Source of the DNA: Candidatus Latescibacterota bacterium | GTDB lineage: Bacteria > Latescibacterota > UBA2968 | Reading direction: 5' to 3' | Assembly: GCA_965207885.1 (NCBI GenBank) | Contig: OZ242311.1 | Coordinates: forward strand, 5,952,001 to 6,016,000 | Length of the DNA stretch: 64,000 nucleotides | Shown: positions 8,252-18,066 of the stretch, piece by piece | Layout: each line of letters starts with the position of its first letter | Position numbering within the stretch: the stretch's first letter is position 1 | The notes under the pieces: generated by a model | What the model was told of the DNA's origin: nothing | What the model saw: only the letters and a program-made list of their open reading frames with translations | Database searches by the model: none | Made by a program: the position numbers and the translations under genes

Positions 8252-10642
8252 GCGCCTGATTTCTCCACGACCAATGGTGTGCGTTCTGTCTTCTCCTGCG
8301 ATTTTTACTTCTGCATGCTCGGAACTGGAGGCGTATAGTGCCCCGTCGGATATGGCGTCTATACGCGCATCGCCTTCTATGTTCAGTATTTGGGTTGCGC
8401 GGAGGAGGCAGGCTGATTCGCCGCCGATGGGGATGCGGTAGCGTGCGCGGTTTCCATGTGTTTCGAGGATGGTGCCGGGGAAGATGGGGAGTTGTTCGGT
8501 TCTGTTTGCGGTGAAAGTGCATATTTGTTGCGATGTGCCGAAGTTTGCGGCGGCGAGATATCCTTGGGCTATGAGGCCAACACCGTCTTCTGATGCAGTC
8601 AGAATTTCGAAGGGGGTGTCGGGTGTGTCAGCAGCGGTTTGTTCAGGGATTAGCAGGGCGGTGAGACGGCCCGCTTCTTCTCCTGCTCGAAGGGGTTTTT
8701 CACCCGATAGTCGAGATAGGGTGAGGTCGTCGGCTATGGCGCGGTAGGGGTTGAAATAGTGCCGGTTGTGGTAAATTGTGTCGCCATTTCCGGTAAAGTG
8801 TATGCCCAGACGGTTGTCTATGTTGAGATAGGGGGGTTGGCTCAGGTTGTCGATTATGTCGTCGGATTCCGATTCGCCGTGCCAGCCCGCGTACCGGGTT
8901 TCGCCGTCGGGGCGATATAGCACGCGCTCGCCTCGGCAGTTGGGGGCCAGGTGTGAGAAGTATTCGTTGGTGATGCGCAAGAATCCCTGGTTGAGTTCTT
9001 CCAGTACGAGTTCTTCCCGGGCAGTGAATTTTTCAAAGGACAAGATGCGGCCGTCTGGCAGGCTGGCAAAGAGTACGTGCTGCCGCAGGGATTCCTGGCA
9101 GCGGTCTATGACGAGGGCGGCGGCAAAGCTGTCGTCGTATTCGGCGATTCGCACGGTTTTGAGGCGGTGGCTGTCGGGGCGGTTTTGTACGATGGGTGTG
9201 CCGAGCCATGTGTCGGAACAGGGGGCGATGGTGTAGATGCCCTCTCGCGTGAGGGGTAGTGCCATTATTGAGTTGCGCCAGGCAAATGAGGTCTGTCCGT
9301 GCGGGTGTCTGTGGTGTACAAATCCCCCGTGGGGGAAGTGGCGCACGCCCGAGAGACGCGATTCCATTTCCGCGGTGGGTGCAGGCGATGGGCCTGGTCC
9401 CAGGAGGCGATGGAGGAGGTACAGGCCAGCGGCTCCCGAAATTGAGACTTCGCGCATGATCATGGGGTCTTGCTGGTCGTGTGCTTTTTGGGCGAGGTCC
9501 TGGTCGTACATCCGCCCGCCATTTCCGCGCTGACGGCGCTCGGCATGTTCCAGTCCCAGGCGTTCCAGGGCTGCGGCGTCCGCGTCGTCAAAATATACGG
9601 CGGCAATCGCATGCGCTGCAATGGTTGCGAATATGTTTAGATAATGCCAGTCCATTCCCTGAACGGCCTGGGCATATCCGCCACCGTCGGTGAGTGCTTT
9701 CAGGTTTTCGTACACGCGCCGTTTGTTCCAGAAGAGTTCTGGGGGCAGTTCGCGTCCCCAGAGTTGGTACAGGCAGCCTGCGCTCATGAGGGGAGAGAGG
9801 CCCGATGCCGTGTAGCTGGGGTGGACCATGCCGTGGTTTTCCGCGAGGTAATCGGGGAGTGCTGTGAAGATTTTTCCGGTCAGGGTTCGCGCGGTTTTGT
9901 CACCTACGATGCCGAGGTCTTTGGTGTCTTGCGGCGCAGCGCATGTGGAGAACATCCATCTGCGAGCGGTTGCTTCCCAGGCTGCGGCGTCCGCGTGTTC
10001 GGATAAGAAGAGGAAGCAAGAGGTGAGTCCGTGAGAGGTCCAGGCGTTTTCTTCCATTTGGGTGTCTGTATAGACGCCGCTTTTGGGCGCCATGTCGCCG
10101 AATCGCGCGGCGTAGTCTTCATGTACGCGGGCGACCATCATCCAGGTTTCTTCATCGATCCATTCCCGCAGTAACAAGCAGATGCGCGCGAGGCCAGCGA
10201 CGGTGCTGCCGCACTGGCTTTCGCGGAAGAAGCCTTTGCCCCGTTCGCCCCATTTGGTGTCGCAGTTTTCCGGGCGGCCCAGTCCTTCTGAGGGACGCAC
10301 GCAGTCTTCGGGACCGGAGTCGTGGGTGAAACACAGGTATCGCACGCCTTTGATCGCCATTTCCCGCAGGGTGTCGCGGGATACGCCCGTGGATGCTTCG
10401 TCGTATTCTGGAGATGTACTGGCGTAAGCAAAGGTTTCGGCACAGCTGATGGTTTCGATTCCGTACCAGTGACATCCGCCGAAGAAATGCCCGCAGTTGG
10501 GACGGTCGGGCCAGTCGGCAAAGTACGCGATGCCCGTTGGTATCCACTGTTCGATCATCCGAAGATAACGGCGACTCATTTCGTTTTCAGTGTCGGGAAG
10601 GTGCGGATGCTGCAGGTCTGTGATGTCGGTCATGCGTACCAT
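8240..10642 (-). CDS. Uncharacterised 800-aa protein, possibly polysaccharide-lyase-like (helical toroid plus beta-sandwich)
   Basis: Long ORF with SD AAAGGAG; helical N-half with ENHGMVHPSY and beta-rich C-half; adjacent to a heparinase-like gene. Function is inferred only. Confidence 0.55.
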   Translation of the reverse strand: MVRMTDITDLQHPHLPDTENEMSRRYLRMIEQWIPTGIAYFADWPDRPNCGHFFGGCHWYGIETISCAETFAYASTSPEYDEASTGVSRDTLREMAIKGVRYLCFTHDSGPEDCVRPSEGLGRPENCDTKWGERGKGFFRESQCGSTVAGLARICLLLREWIDEETWMMVARVHEDYAARFGDMAPKSGVYTDTQMEENAWTSHGLTSCFLFLSEHADAAAWEATARRWMFSTCAAPQDTKDLGIVGDKTARTLTGKIFTALPDYLAENHGMVHPSYTASGLSPLMSAGCLYQLWGRELPPELFWNKRRVYENLKALTDGGGYAQAVQGMDWHYLNIFATIAAHAIAAVYFDDADAAALERLGLEHAERRQRGNGGRMYDQDLAQKAHDQQDPMIMREVSISGAAGLYLLHRLLGPGPSPAPTAEMESRLSGVRHFPHGGFVHHRHPHGQTSFAWRNSIMALPLTREGIYTIAPCSDTWLGTPIVQNRPDSHRLKTVRIAEYDDSFAAALVIDRCQESLRQHVLFASLPDGRILSFEKFTAREELVLEELNQGFLRITNEYFSHLAPNCRGERVLYRPDGETRYAGWHGESESDDIIDNLSQPPYLNIDNRLGIHFTGNGDTIYHNRHYFNPYRAIADDLTLSRLSGEKPLRAGEEAGRLTALLIPEQTAADTPDTPFEILTASEDGVGLIAQGYLAAANFGTSQQICTFTANRTEQLPIFPGTILETHGNRARYRIPIGGESACLLRATQILNIEGDARIDAISDGALYASSSEHAEVKIAGEDRTHTIGRGEIRRIDE

Positions 10643-10675
10643 TTTGTTCTCCTTTCAAGGAGGCGGTCAACCACC

Positions 10676-10708
10676 GTCATCGCGGCATGATGTTGAGCCG
10701 CGATCCAG
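10676..10708 (+). repeat. REP-like palindrome, copy 2
   Basis: GTCATCGCGGC-atgatgttga-GCCGCGATCCAG. Confidence 0.8.
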
Positions 10709-10737
10709 AAGGGTTTTTTTAATTACTGACGTCGTGC

Positions 10738-13700
10738 CTATGCCTGTGTGCTGATCGCTGTAGTCCATTCATAATCGACGGTTGCACACATTGTTTCGAT
10801 TTCGCCATTGGCGATGTGAAGGTGTACGGCGTTTTGTATTTCGCACGGGTCACCTGTAGAAATATTATATGTGAAGCCTTCTTCGTAATCCTCGCGGGAT
10901 GCGAGTCCCCGGATGAAGGAGGTGTCACCCACTTCTACGCGTACTTTGTTTTTTGCTGAAGATACTATGTCGGAGATGGTGTAACAGGCGTCCCGAATGC
11001 CGTCGTTTAAGATGCGGAGTTGTGTGCCGATGAGGCGTTTGTCCGTGGGGAGAGGGCCTTCTATTTCGATCCAGGCGGGGCCGGTTTCTTCGCGGTGAAA
11101 GTCCGTTACGGTGCCGCGGTGAACTGGGGTGTTGATCCGCAGGGTTCCAGAGGTGGTGTTTACCTGCGTTCCGCCGAGTAAAAAGATGGATATTTGTCCG
11201 TTGTTCCGGGATATGACTGCAAATCGCCCCGCGGCTGCGATGTTTTCGCTCAGGTTAAATACGCGGTTTGGGTCGTCTGATGACAGGATGTGATCTGTTC
11301 GGCCTGTATGGGTTGTTATTTTTATAGCCGCTGCTGCTATGTCGCGTTCTTCTGTGCCGAGGTCAATGCGGGTGGCGTCTGCTATATGAGGCTGACCCTC
11401 GCGATAAGGCTCTATGATGGAGGCAAAGAGGCTTTTTCGGTCTGCACTGGCGTTGCGTAATAGTACGTAGCGGATGCGCCGGGGGTTGCCGGGTTTGTTT
11501 TGTGGGGGGTCGCCCCATGCAAGCGCCGCGTTTTCTGCGTTGGATAATACGCGGTAGCGCAGGTGCAGGGGGGTGTCACCGTGCTGGGTTTTCCAGGTAT
11601 CTGCGAGTTTCCAGTCTGCCCACCATCCAGCCGCGGGTTTCTCGGCGCGGTGAACGCCGTAGAGGTAGGCAAAGCCGCTGCCGCGGTAGCGTCCATCAGG
11701 TGGTCCGTCGTAGTGCGTGCCGAAGGAGATGGTTTTGCCTGCGTATGTTCCTTCTTCTTGTGGGGTGAGGTCGATGCCCTGGATGCTTACGTCGCCTTCT
11801 CCGGCGTGGAAGCTCATGATGTGGTCGTTTCCGCCATTCACGCGGAAGAAGTCGATGAGGTAAGATTCGGTGGGCGATACGTCGATCATTGCGAGGGTGC
11901 GCCGATAGTCCCGTGTGTCGGGATAGATTTCGGGGGATGCGATTTCGACGACGCCTATTCCCTGCGAGGTGGCAAAATATTGGCAGTGTCCTATCCAGTT
12001 CACTTCTTGTTGCTGCTGGTTTATCATTACTGTGTTGTGTGAGATGGTGTTTGTGGTCCAGCCCGCCCGTTTGGGCCATTTGCTGTCGGCGTATTCAGGA
12101 TATCCCAGGTCGGGCAATACGTCCATTCCGCGGTAGTACATTCCAATGTTCAATCGATCTCGGTGGCCGTGTCCGCCGTTGCGCCCGTAATACAGCCAGG
12201 CCGCCCGCTGGTCGTGTCCCTCGCCATGCCGGAATACGGTGAGTCCGTATCCGTTCAGGTTTTCGCTTTTGAGCTCTAATTCGCCGTGTTGTTTTGCGAT
12301 TTCGAGGACGGTTTTCTGGATTGCTTCGGGTTCGGGATCGAAGATGGAGGTGTGCAGACCTTCTACGCGGTTTCCGTTGAGTTTGTACGCAAGGCGCGCG
12401 AGGTCGGGGTCGCCAAGCCGGGCATAAGCGCTGATGATTGTTTGGAGTTCTACGCGTACCATGCCTTCGCCTCCGGTGTTGCCGGTGTCGCCGATGTGGG
12501 GGGTGTAGCGGTCCAGTGCGGTGAGGCGATAGGGCACGCTGTACATGCGTTTGAGGCGGGGATAGTCGCGATATAGATCGTAGTCCCGGTATTTGCGACA
12601 TCGATCCAGTATCCATGCACAGCGGGCAAATGCGTTCATCCAGCCGAAGCAATAGCCGGGGGCTGCTTCGTTGCCAACGCCGTCTCGATCTACTTTTCCG
12701 ATCAGGGTTGCCGGGATGTGTCCCCCATCAGTGCCCCGGGATTCTCCGGGTTCAAAGAGCCAGTCCAGTGCTTTGGGCGTTTCTCGTGGGTCGTCCAGTA
12801 CTGCCGCGGCTGTGGCCATGGCAGTTTGGGTCATGCCTTCGTTGCCGCGGATGCGCCGGTCTCGACAGGAGCGTATGAATTCTCGGAGGAGTCCGTGTTT
12901 GATGTTTTCGCGGATGTGGGCGATGCTCGATTTGGGCTGTGCGATCTGCCATTTTTCCGCTTGTGCGGATAGGAATTGGACGAGTTCATTGTCGTCTTCT
13001 ATTCCTTCGGAGATCATGTCGTAGGATAGGGATAGGGTCTCGGCCATGCCGTTTTCCCATATACAGCCTGTGATGCGGCCCATGCCCGTGCTGCCGTGGG
13101 AGTTGTAGAGGCCCAGGTCCGAGTAGGGGGTTAAGTCCATGTCGGGATAGACGTCTGCGATGCGGTCCAGGATGACGGCGCCTTTGTGGGCATAGGCGGT
13201 GTCTCCGGTGTAGAGATACGCTTTGCCCAGGGCGAGAGCGGCTGCTGGTAGTTCCTTCCATGTGCAATAATGGCTGTAGTAGGCGATGAACCACCAGCGG
13301 TTTCCCGATTCGTCGATCCAGCCCATGCCGTCATCTACTGCATAGTTTGGGGCATTGGCGTTTTCAGCGTTGTATAGCAGGGATTCATCGGCGAGGCTGC
13401 GTTCGAAGATTCCACCGGATCCCAGACCGCTTTTGTAAAATGCCTCGAAGTTGTTTTTGGGCCAGATCTCTCCGCACGACGGACATTCCAATTTGTAGGG
13501 GCGGTGCAGCGATACTTTCCAGGGGTAATTTCCGAATGCATAGACGTCTCGGCCACATTCGGGACAGCCGAGGTCGGGGTTGACGTGGATGCCGCGGGGG
13601 ATGGATTGTCCGGTGATCAGGTCCCAGATTTCTCCATCGCTTCGCGCCATATAGGGCGCGCATGTTTCGATTGCGGTATCTCGCTCAGCTCTCGCCCAGG

Positions 13701-13758
13701 CGTAGCGTTCGATGTTTCGCCGGGCATTGTTCATTTCTTCGGGTGTGTACAGGCCCAT
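10738..13758 (-). CDS. Heparinase II/III-family lyase-like protein with N-terminal CxxC..CxxC motif
   Basis: GHGHRDRLNI..LPDLGYP..SHNTVMIN heparinase II/III signature; GNEGM, EAAPGY; CPECG/CPSCG. Confidence 0.8.
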   Translation of the reverse strand: MGLYTPEEMNNARRNIERYAWARAERDTAIETCAPYMARSDGEIWDLITGQSIPRGIHVNPDLGCPECGRDVYAFGNYPWKVSLHRPYKLECPSCGEIWPKNNFEAFYKSGLGSGGIFERSLADESLLYNAENANAPNYAVDDGMGWIDESGNRWWFIAYYSHYCTWKELPAAALALGKAYLYTGDTAYAHKGAVILDRIADVYPDMDLTPYSDLGLYNSHGSTGMGRITGCIWENGMAETLSLSYDMISEGIEDDNELVQFLSAQAEKWQIAQPKSSIAHIRENIKHGLLREFIRSCRDRRIRGNEGMTQTAMATAAAVLDDPRETPKALDWLFEPGESRGTDGGHIPATLIGKVDRDGVGNEAAPGYCFGWMNAFARCAWILDRCRKYRDYDLYRDYPRLKRMYSVPYRLTALDRYTPHIGDTGNTGGEGMVRVELQTIISAYARLGDPDLARLAYKLNGNRVEGLHTSIFDPEPEAIQKTVLEIAKQHGELELKSENLNGYGLTVFRHGEGHDQRAAWLYYGRNGGHGHRDRLNIGMYYRGMDVLPDLGYPEYADSKWPKRAGWTTNTISHNTVMINQQQQEVNWIGHCQYFATSQGIGVVEIASPEIYPDTRDYRRTLAMIDVSPTESYLIDFFRVNGGNDHIMSFHAGEGDVSIQGIDLTPQEEGTYAGKTISFGTHYDGPPDGRYRGSGFAYLYGVHRAEKPAAGWWADWKLADTWKTQHGDTPLHLRYRVLSNAENAALAWGDPPQNKPGNPRRIRYVLLRNASADRKSLFASIIEPYREGQPHIADATRIDLGTEERDIAAAAIKITTHTGRTDHILSSDDPNRVFNLSENIAAAGRFAVISRNNGQISIFLLGGTQVNTTSGTLRINTPVHRGTVTDFHREETGPAWIEIEGPLPTDKRLIGTQLRILNDGIRDACYTISDIVSSAKNKVRVEVGDTSFIRGLASREDYEEGFTYNISTGDPCEIQNAVHLHIANGEIETMCATVDYEWTTAISTQA

Positions 13759-13926
13759 CGCGATGCTCCTTATTGGGTACCAGCGATAAATTTTTATGGC
13801 TTGTTGCCGCTATGTGTGACTATATTAGGTCGCAAATTTACATGACATATTTCCAAATTCAAGAAAATTTGGGTTTGCTTTAAATGAGTATTTGACGATA
13901 TCGCAGAGCATTTCTTCGAAAACACT

Positions 13927-15915
13927 ATGGCCCTTCCCGAAACCCTGTCTCCCACATCTGAAGATGCCCAGAGAAGAGCGGCGCGCATTACGCCTCGCAG
14001 TGTTGCGCTGGGGCTTCTGATTTCTTGTCTGGCGAGTGCATGGGTGACGTATTCCCGCACGGCTGCAAATACTTCCGCGGTTAATATTACGCATCTTCCG
14101 GTTTCTATTTTCGCGATTTTTTTGTGCGTTTTTATTGTCAATACGCTTTTGAAGATTCGGTTCGACAAACAGGGTCTGGCTTCTCGAGAACTGGCTGTTA
14201 TTTTTGCGATGGGCCTGATTGGGGCGATTATTCCCGCGCGTGGGTTGACCGGTGTTTGGCTGGGGCTGATGGCCGCGCCGCATTATCTGGCTACGCCGGA
14301 GAATGGGTGGATTGACAATGTTCAGCCCTTTCTTCCGCCTTATCTCTTTCCTTCCAATGATCACCAGCAGACGACGTTTTTGTACGAGGGGCTACCATCT
14401 GGGGTGTCCATTCCGTGGGAGGTCTGGATTGGTCCGATTTTCTGGTGGGTTACGCTGATTCTGGCGGGGTTTGTGGTGTGTTTTTGTATTGTGGTTATTC
14501 TTCGCAAGCAGTGGGTTGAGAGCGAGCGTCTGGATTATCCCCTGCTCGCACCTGTTCTGGAGATGGTTGCAGAGACGCGCGATTCTTCGGGTCGAAGTGG
14601 CTGGCCGATCCTTTTTCGGGGGTATCTTTTTTGGATTGGTTTTGGGCTGGCGTTTGGGATTATCGGGTGGAATATTGTTACTTATTTTTATACGACGGTT
14701 CCCCGCATTAGCATGAGTCCGAATGGCGGGCTTTTTTATTTTGCACGCCTTTTTCCGCCGCTGTTGACGCATATTAATACTTATACGATTGGTTTTGGAT
14801 ATTTTGTCAATCTGGAGATCCTTTTTTCGATCTGGTTCTTCCACTTTTTGCTGATGGGCGAGATTGCACTTATTCGGAAGACGGGTTTTCAGTTTGGACG
14901 CATGCACCAGAAGGGCGGCGGATGGGGCGATCCCCTGGTGCAGTGGCAGTGTATGGGCGCGCTTTTTGTGTTTGTGGGTTGGGGGCTGTGGACTGCGCGG
15001 CGGCACTTGAAGGCGGTTTTTCGGAAGGCCTGGAATGACGATCCCGATGTGGATGATGCGGGCGAGCTTCTTTCCTATCGCACGGCTGTGATTGGCCTGA
15101 TTGTGGGTGTTGCCTATATCATAGCCTATCTTTTGAAGGCGGGGGTTGCGCCGGGGCTCTTGATGATTACGATACCGGCGGCGATTGTTATTTATATCGC
15201 GCTTGCCCGTTTTGTGTGTGAGTCGGGTACGCTGTACCTGGGTATTCCCACGACGCCTCTGGATATGGGTTTTCAACTGATCGGTACGGTTACGATTGAT
15301 CCGAGGACGATTGCCGTGGGTTCTACGGCTCATGCGTTGCGCTGGATGCTGTTTATGCCGGCGCTGTCGCAGAATGCCAAAATTTTTGATCGCGTGCCGG
15401 GGAATAAGCGCGCGCTTTTCTGGGTGTTGCTTTTGGGGTTGGTCGGCGCGCTGGTGGTCAATATTTCGATGGTGCTCTATCTGGGCTATACACACGGGGC
15501 ATACAATTTTACGGAGTATCCGTTTACCCGGTACGCGCCCCGGCTGTACGACGCTATTGTTACGAAGATCAAATCTCCCGAGCCAGCTTCATGGGAGCGG
15601 ATGGTGCTGTTCGGTTTTGGGGGTCTCATTTTTGCGATTCTCACGGCGCTTCGGTATCGCCTGCCTTGGTGGCCCATCCATCCCGTGGGTTTTATTATTA
15701 CGACGACGAGTATTCTCCACGAGATTACGTCTCTTATTATTGTCTGGCTGTTCAAAGCTATTGTGATCCGGGTGGGTGGTGTGTCCCTTTATGAAAAATA
15801 CCGTCCGCTCTTTTTCGGGATTATTGCAGGCAGGGCGACGGGGGTGCTGGTTTCATTTGTTGTCGATTTGATCTGGTTTCCCGGGGGTGGGCACGGGGTA
15901 CACGGTTGGGCGTGA
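13927..15915 (+). CDS. DUF6785/DUF6784-type polytopic membrane protein (putative transporter)
   Basis: ITPRS, LRKQWVESERLDYPL, WWPIHPVGF and RPLFFGII motifs; many TM helices. Confidence 0.75.
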   Translation: MALPETLSPTSEDAQRRAARITPRSVALGLLISCLASAWVTYSRTAANTSAVNITHLPVSIFAIFLCVFIVNTLLKIRFDKQGLASRELAVIFAMGLIGAIIPARGLTGVWLGLMAAPHYLATPENGWIDNVQPFLPPYLFPSNDHQQTTFLYEGLPSGVSIPWEVWIGPIFWWVTLILAGFVVCFCIVVILRKQWVESERLDYPLLAPVLEMVAETRDSSGRSGWPILFRGYLFWIGFGLAFGIIGWNIVTYFYTTVPRISMSPNGGLFYFARLFPPLLTHINTYTIGFGYFVNLEILFSIWFFHFLLMGEIALIRKTGFQFGRMHQKGGGWGDPLVQWQCMGALFVFVGWGLWTARRHLKAVFRKAWNDDPDVDDAGELLSYRTAVIGLIVGVAYIIAYLLKAGVAPGLLMITIPAAIVIYIALARFVCESGTLYLGIPTTPLDMGFQLIGTVTIDPRTIAVGSTAHALRWMLFMPALSQNAKIFDRVPGNKRALFWVLLLGLVGALVVNISMVLYLGYTHGAYNFTEYPFTRYAPRLYDAIVTKIKSPEPASWERMVLFGFGGLIFAILTALRYRLPWWPIHPVGFIITTTSILHEITSLIIVWLFKAIVIRVGGVSLYEKYRPLFFGIIAGRATGVLVSFVVDLIWFPGGGHGVHGWA

Positions 15916-15948
15916 GGGGAAGTGTGAAGTGTGAAGGGTGAAGTGAGA
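15916..15948 (+). repeat. Heptamer tandem array (AGTGTGA)n after a stop codon
   Basis: agtgtga agtgtga agggtga agtgaga. Confidence 0.7.
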
Positions 15949-15954
15949 ACACCC

Positions 15955-15986
15955 GTCATCGCGGCATGGTTTTAGCCGCGATCCAG
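15955..15986 (+). repeat. REP-like palindrome, copy 3
   Basis: GTCATCGCGGC-atggtttta-GCCGCGATCCAG. Confidence 0.8.
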
Positions 15987-16012
15987 ATTGGATGGTCATC
16001 TCTATTGCATCA

Positions 16013-17107
16013 CTAAAAGTTGAATGTGAGTGCGGCGCGAAGCCCTTTGCTATATGTGGGAGCAAGGCTCAGGTTGAGGCGTTGGGGTGACACTTCGACC
16101 CATTTATCAGATTTTGTTATTGCGCCAATCAGTGTAGGGATAACTACAAGTGGGGGTACGTATATCGCAGTGGCTAATAGTTCAGCCAATCCTTGCAAAT
16201 CGCCCCCGCCCCAGTCTGGAACATTTATCAGGATAGTCATAATCGTCCCAGCAGCAAGACCGATTTTCAAGCCTTTGCCTGTGTTTCTATATTGTTTGAG
16301 GCTGACATCAAATTTAGAGATTGAAGAAACAGGCACTTGATAAAAGCTACGTCCTTTTTGGATAACGAGTGTGTCTTGCGTCATTTTAAGGAGCTTGCCA
16401 ATCATTTGTGCCTTCTGAATGGACGGAGCATACACACGCACTCGGGCATTGTATTTAGCACCCGTTTCTCGATAACTCTCGATCTCTCGCATGTGTTTGG
16501 CGACAATGAGGGTATCAATGTCGTTGTATGCTATGTCATAGGTATCAGCCCCATATTTGAGTGTGATACGGCTTGAGTCCTTATCTACAATTCGATTAAT
16601 GGCTTTTCCAGCACCTTGAGATGTATAGACGATGTGAGCATACCATCCCTTTGTGATCTCTGAGGGGTCAATCTGTCCGCGTGACATGACTGTAACGGTC
16701 TTTTGATTGAGCCGTTGGATAGCAGCCTGTTCAGTCTCTAATGCTTTTACCTCTCGTTTTTCCATCTCTTGAATAAACCGTTCCACCTCATTGATTTGTT
16801 TTCCTCGTGAGGTTACTTCCTCGCTCATGATTACTGACAACACTTTGTTGTAAGCAATGGTCTTCTTTCCAAAAAGTGCTCTGAATCGAATCTGAAATGT
16901 GGTCTCGTCAATAGCCTCAATCCAGCCCTTTTCCAATTGCTGTTTATTCTTACTATCGCAATAGGTGACCACAACGTAGGCATCTTGAATGAGCGTATCG
17001 GCATTGACCTGTGCACCTTGCAGGTATGTGGCTGCATACGCCAGCGTTGGAGCCATCGCATTGAGCAAGAGGGTCGCAACTACAAAGATAGTGGCTAATT
17101 TTTTCAT
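16013..17107 (-). CDS. Hypothetical exported protein with three internal beta-rich repeats and a hydrophobic C-terminus
   Basis: Signal peptide; repeats ending IAYNKVLSVI / IAYNDIDTLI / VPVSSISKFD; ends AALTFNF. Confidence 0.7.
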   Translation of the reverse strand: MKKLATIFVVATLLLNAMAPTLAYAATYLQGAQVNADTLIQDAYVVVTYCDSKNKQQLEKGWIEAIDETTFQIRFRALFGKKTIAYNKVLSVIMSEEVTSRGKQINEVERFIQEMEKREVKALETEQAAIQRLNQKTVTVMSRGQIDPSEITKGWYAHIVYTSQGAGKAINRIVDKDSSRITLKYGADTYDIAYNDIDTLIVAKHMREIESYRETGAKYNARVRVYAPSIQKAQMIGKLLKMTQDTLVIQKGRSFYQVPVSSISKFDVSLKQYRNTGKGLKIGLAAGTIMTILINVPDWGGGDLQGLAELLATAIYVPPLVVIPTLIGAITKSDKWVEVSPQRLNLSLAPTYSKGLRAALTFNF

Positions 17108-17146
17108 GAGGTTCTTCCTTGTGAGACGAGTGCACTGGGCAGCTAC

Positions 17147-17728
17147 TTAAAATCGAAGCGTGGCAACAGCGGACAGTCTGCCTTTGGGACCGGACAACAG
17201 ACCTATGGAGACGCGACGAACCTCTGGAGGTTTTCGAAAAAACTCGGACATGATCGCCGTGCTGACAAGGGGGCAGACAACAAGGGCTGGCCAGATTTTT
17301 TCCACTGTCTCGTTTTCCACCATCTTGAACACAGCAAGACTTACCGCACCTCCGATCAAGCTACCTGCCAATGAATATGTGAAGTGATCGTGTGGATCCA
17401 TTCGGTTCATGCCGATGGGCACGCCGACGAGATAGCCAAGCAATAAACCAGGGGTACCATATTCTAATTTACAATATGGGTCCTCTGTGCTGCAGTCACT
17501 AATCGCCCCACCGGCTACGCCTCCCACAAGGCTGAAAAGGACCCCTCCAAGAACACCACCCGCCAACTTGCCAACAATCCGCCTGGATTTGTTCTCTTTT
17601 TTCACAGAAAGCGTATCCGTTTTCTCTTTAAGTCTGTCAATTTCACCGTCTTGAAGGATCACTCCTGCCATCAGTATCTGTGGCAGACATAGACCTAAAA
17701 TCAGAACGATGGCTGTTAAATGTATCAT
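17147..17728 (-). CDS. Hypothetical membrane protein with glycine-zipper helices
   Basis: Signal peptide, GGVLGGVLFSLVGGVAGG, ends SAVATLRF. Confidence 0.65.
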   Translation of the reverse strand: MIHLTAIVLILGLCLPQILMAGVILQDGEIDRLKEKTDTLSVKKENKSRRIVGKLAGGVLGGVLFSLVGGVAGGAISDCSTEDPYCKLEYGTPGLLLGYLVGVPIGMNRMDPHDHFTYSLAGSLIGGAVSLAVFKMVENETVEKIWPALVVCPLVSTAIMSEFFRKPPEVRRVSIGLLSGPKGRLSAVATLRF

Positions 17729-17760
17729 GTATTCACTCTTGAAAAAAGCTGTCTCCTGCC

Positions 17761-17940
17761 TTAAAAAAGCTGATCAGCATTGGGAAAGTGACTTGAAAAT
17801 ATCAGAAAATCGGCAATATCAATGGTTCCATCGCCATTCAGATCCATCTCACCATTAAAACCATCCTCGCCTTCTGATAGCCCAAATGTGGCTACAAATA
17901 GCACATGATCTGATGTATTGACTGCACCATCACCATTAAA
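17761..17940 (-). pseudogene. Startless dockerin-like double EF-hand remnant
   Basis: Manual translation FNGDGAVNTSDHVLFVATFGLSEGEDGFNGEMDLNGDGTIDIADFLIFSSHFPNADQLF*; in-frame stop about 14 codons upstream and no ATG in that interval. Confidence 0.7.
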
Positions 17941-17941
17941 T

Positions 17942-17974
17942 AAGAAAGGTGCATCCGCCAGGATGCACCTGTTT
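17942..17974 (-). terminator. Rho-independent terminator after the P450 gene
   Basis: aggtgcatcc-gcca-ggatgcacct 10-bp stem with U-rich flanks. Confidence 0.65.
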
Positions 17975-18066
17975 TGCGTTTATTTTAATCTAATCAGTAT
18001 GAAGTGTGAGATGAAGTACCAGCCTTTTGGAGGTTGGATGGCCTTCTAACTTCTTCCTTCTAACTT

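Noticed and set aside
14392-15495. 367-aa minus-strand ORF
   Set aside because: Antisense to the DUF6785 gene; its composition mirrors hydrophobic codons
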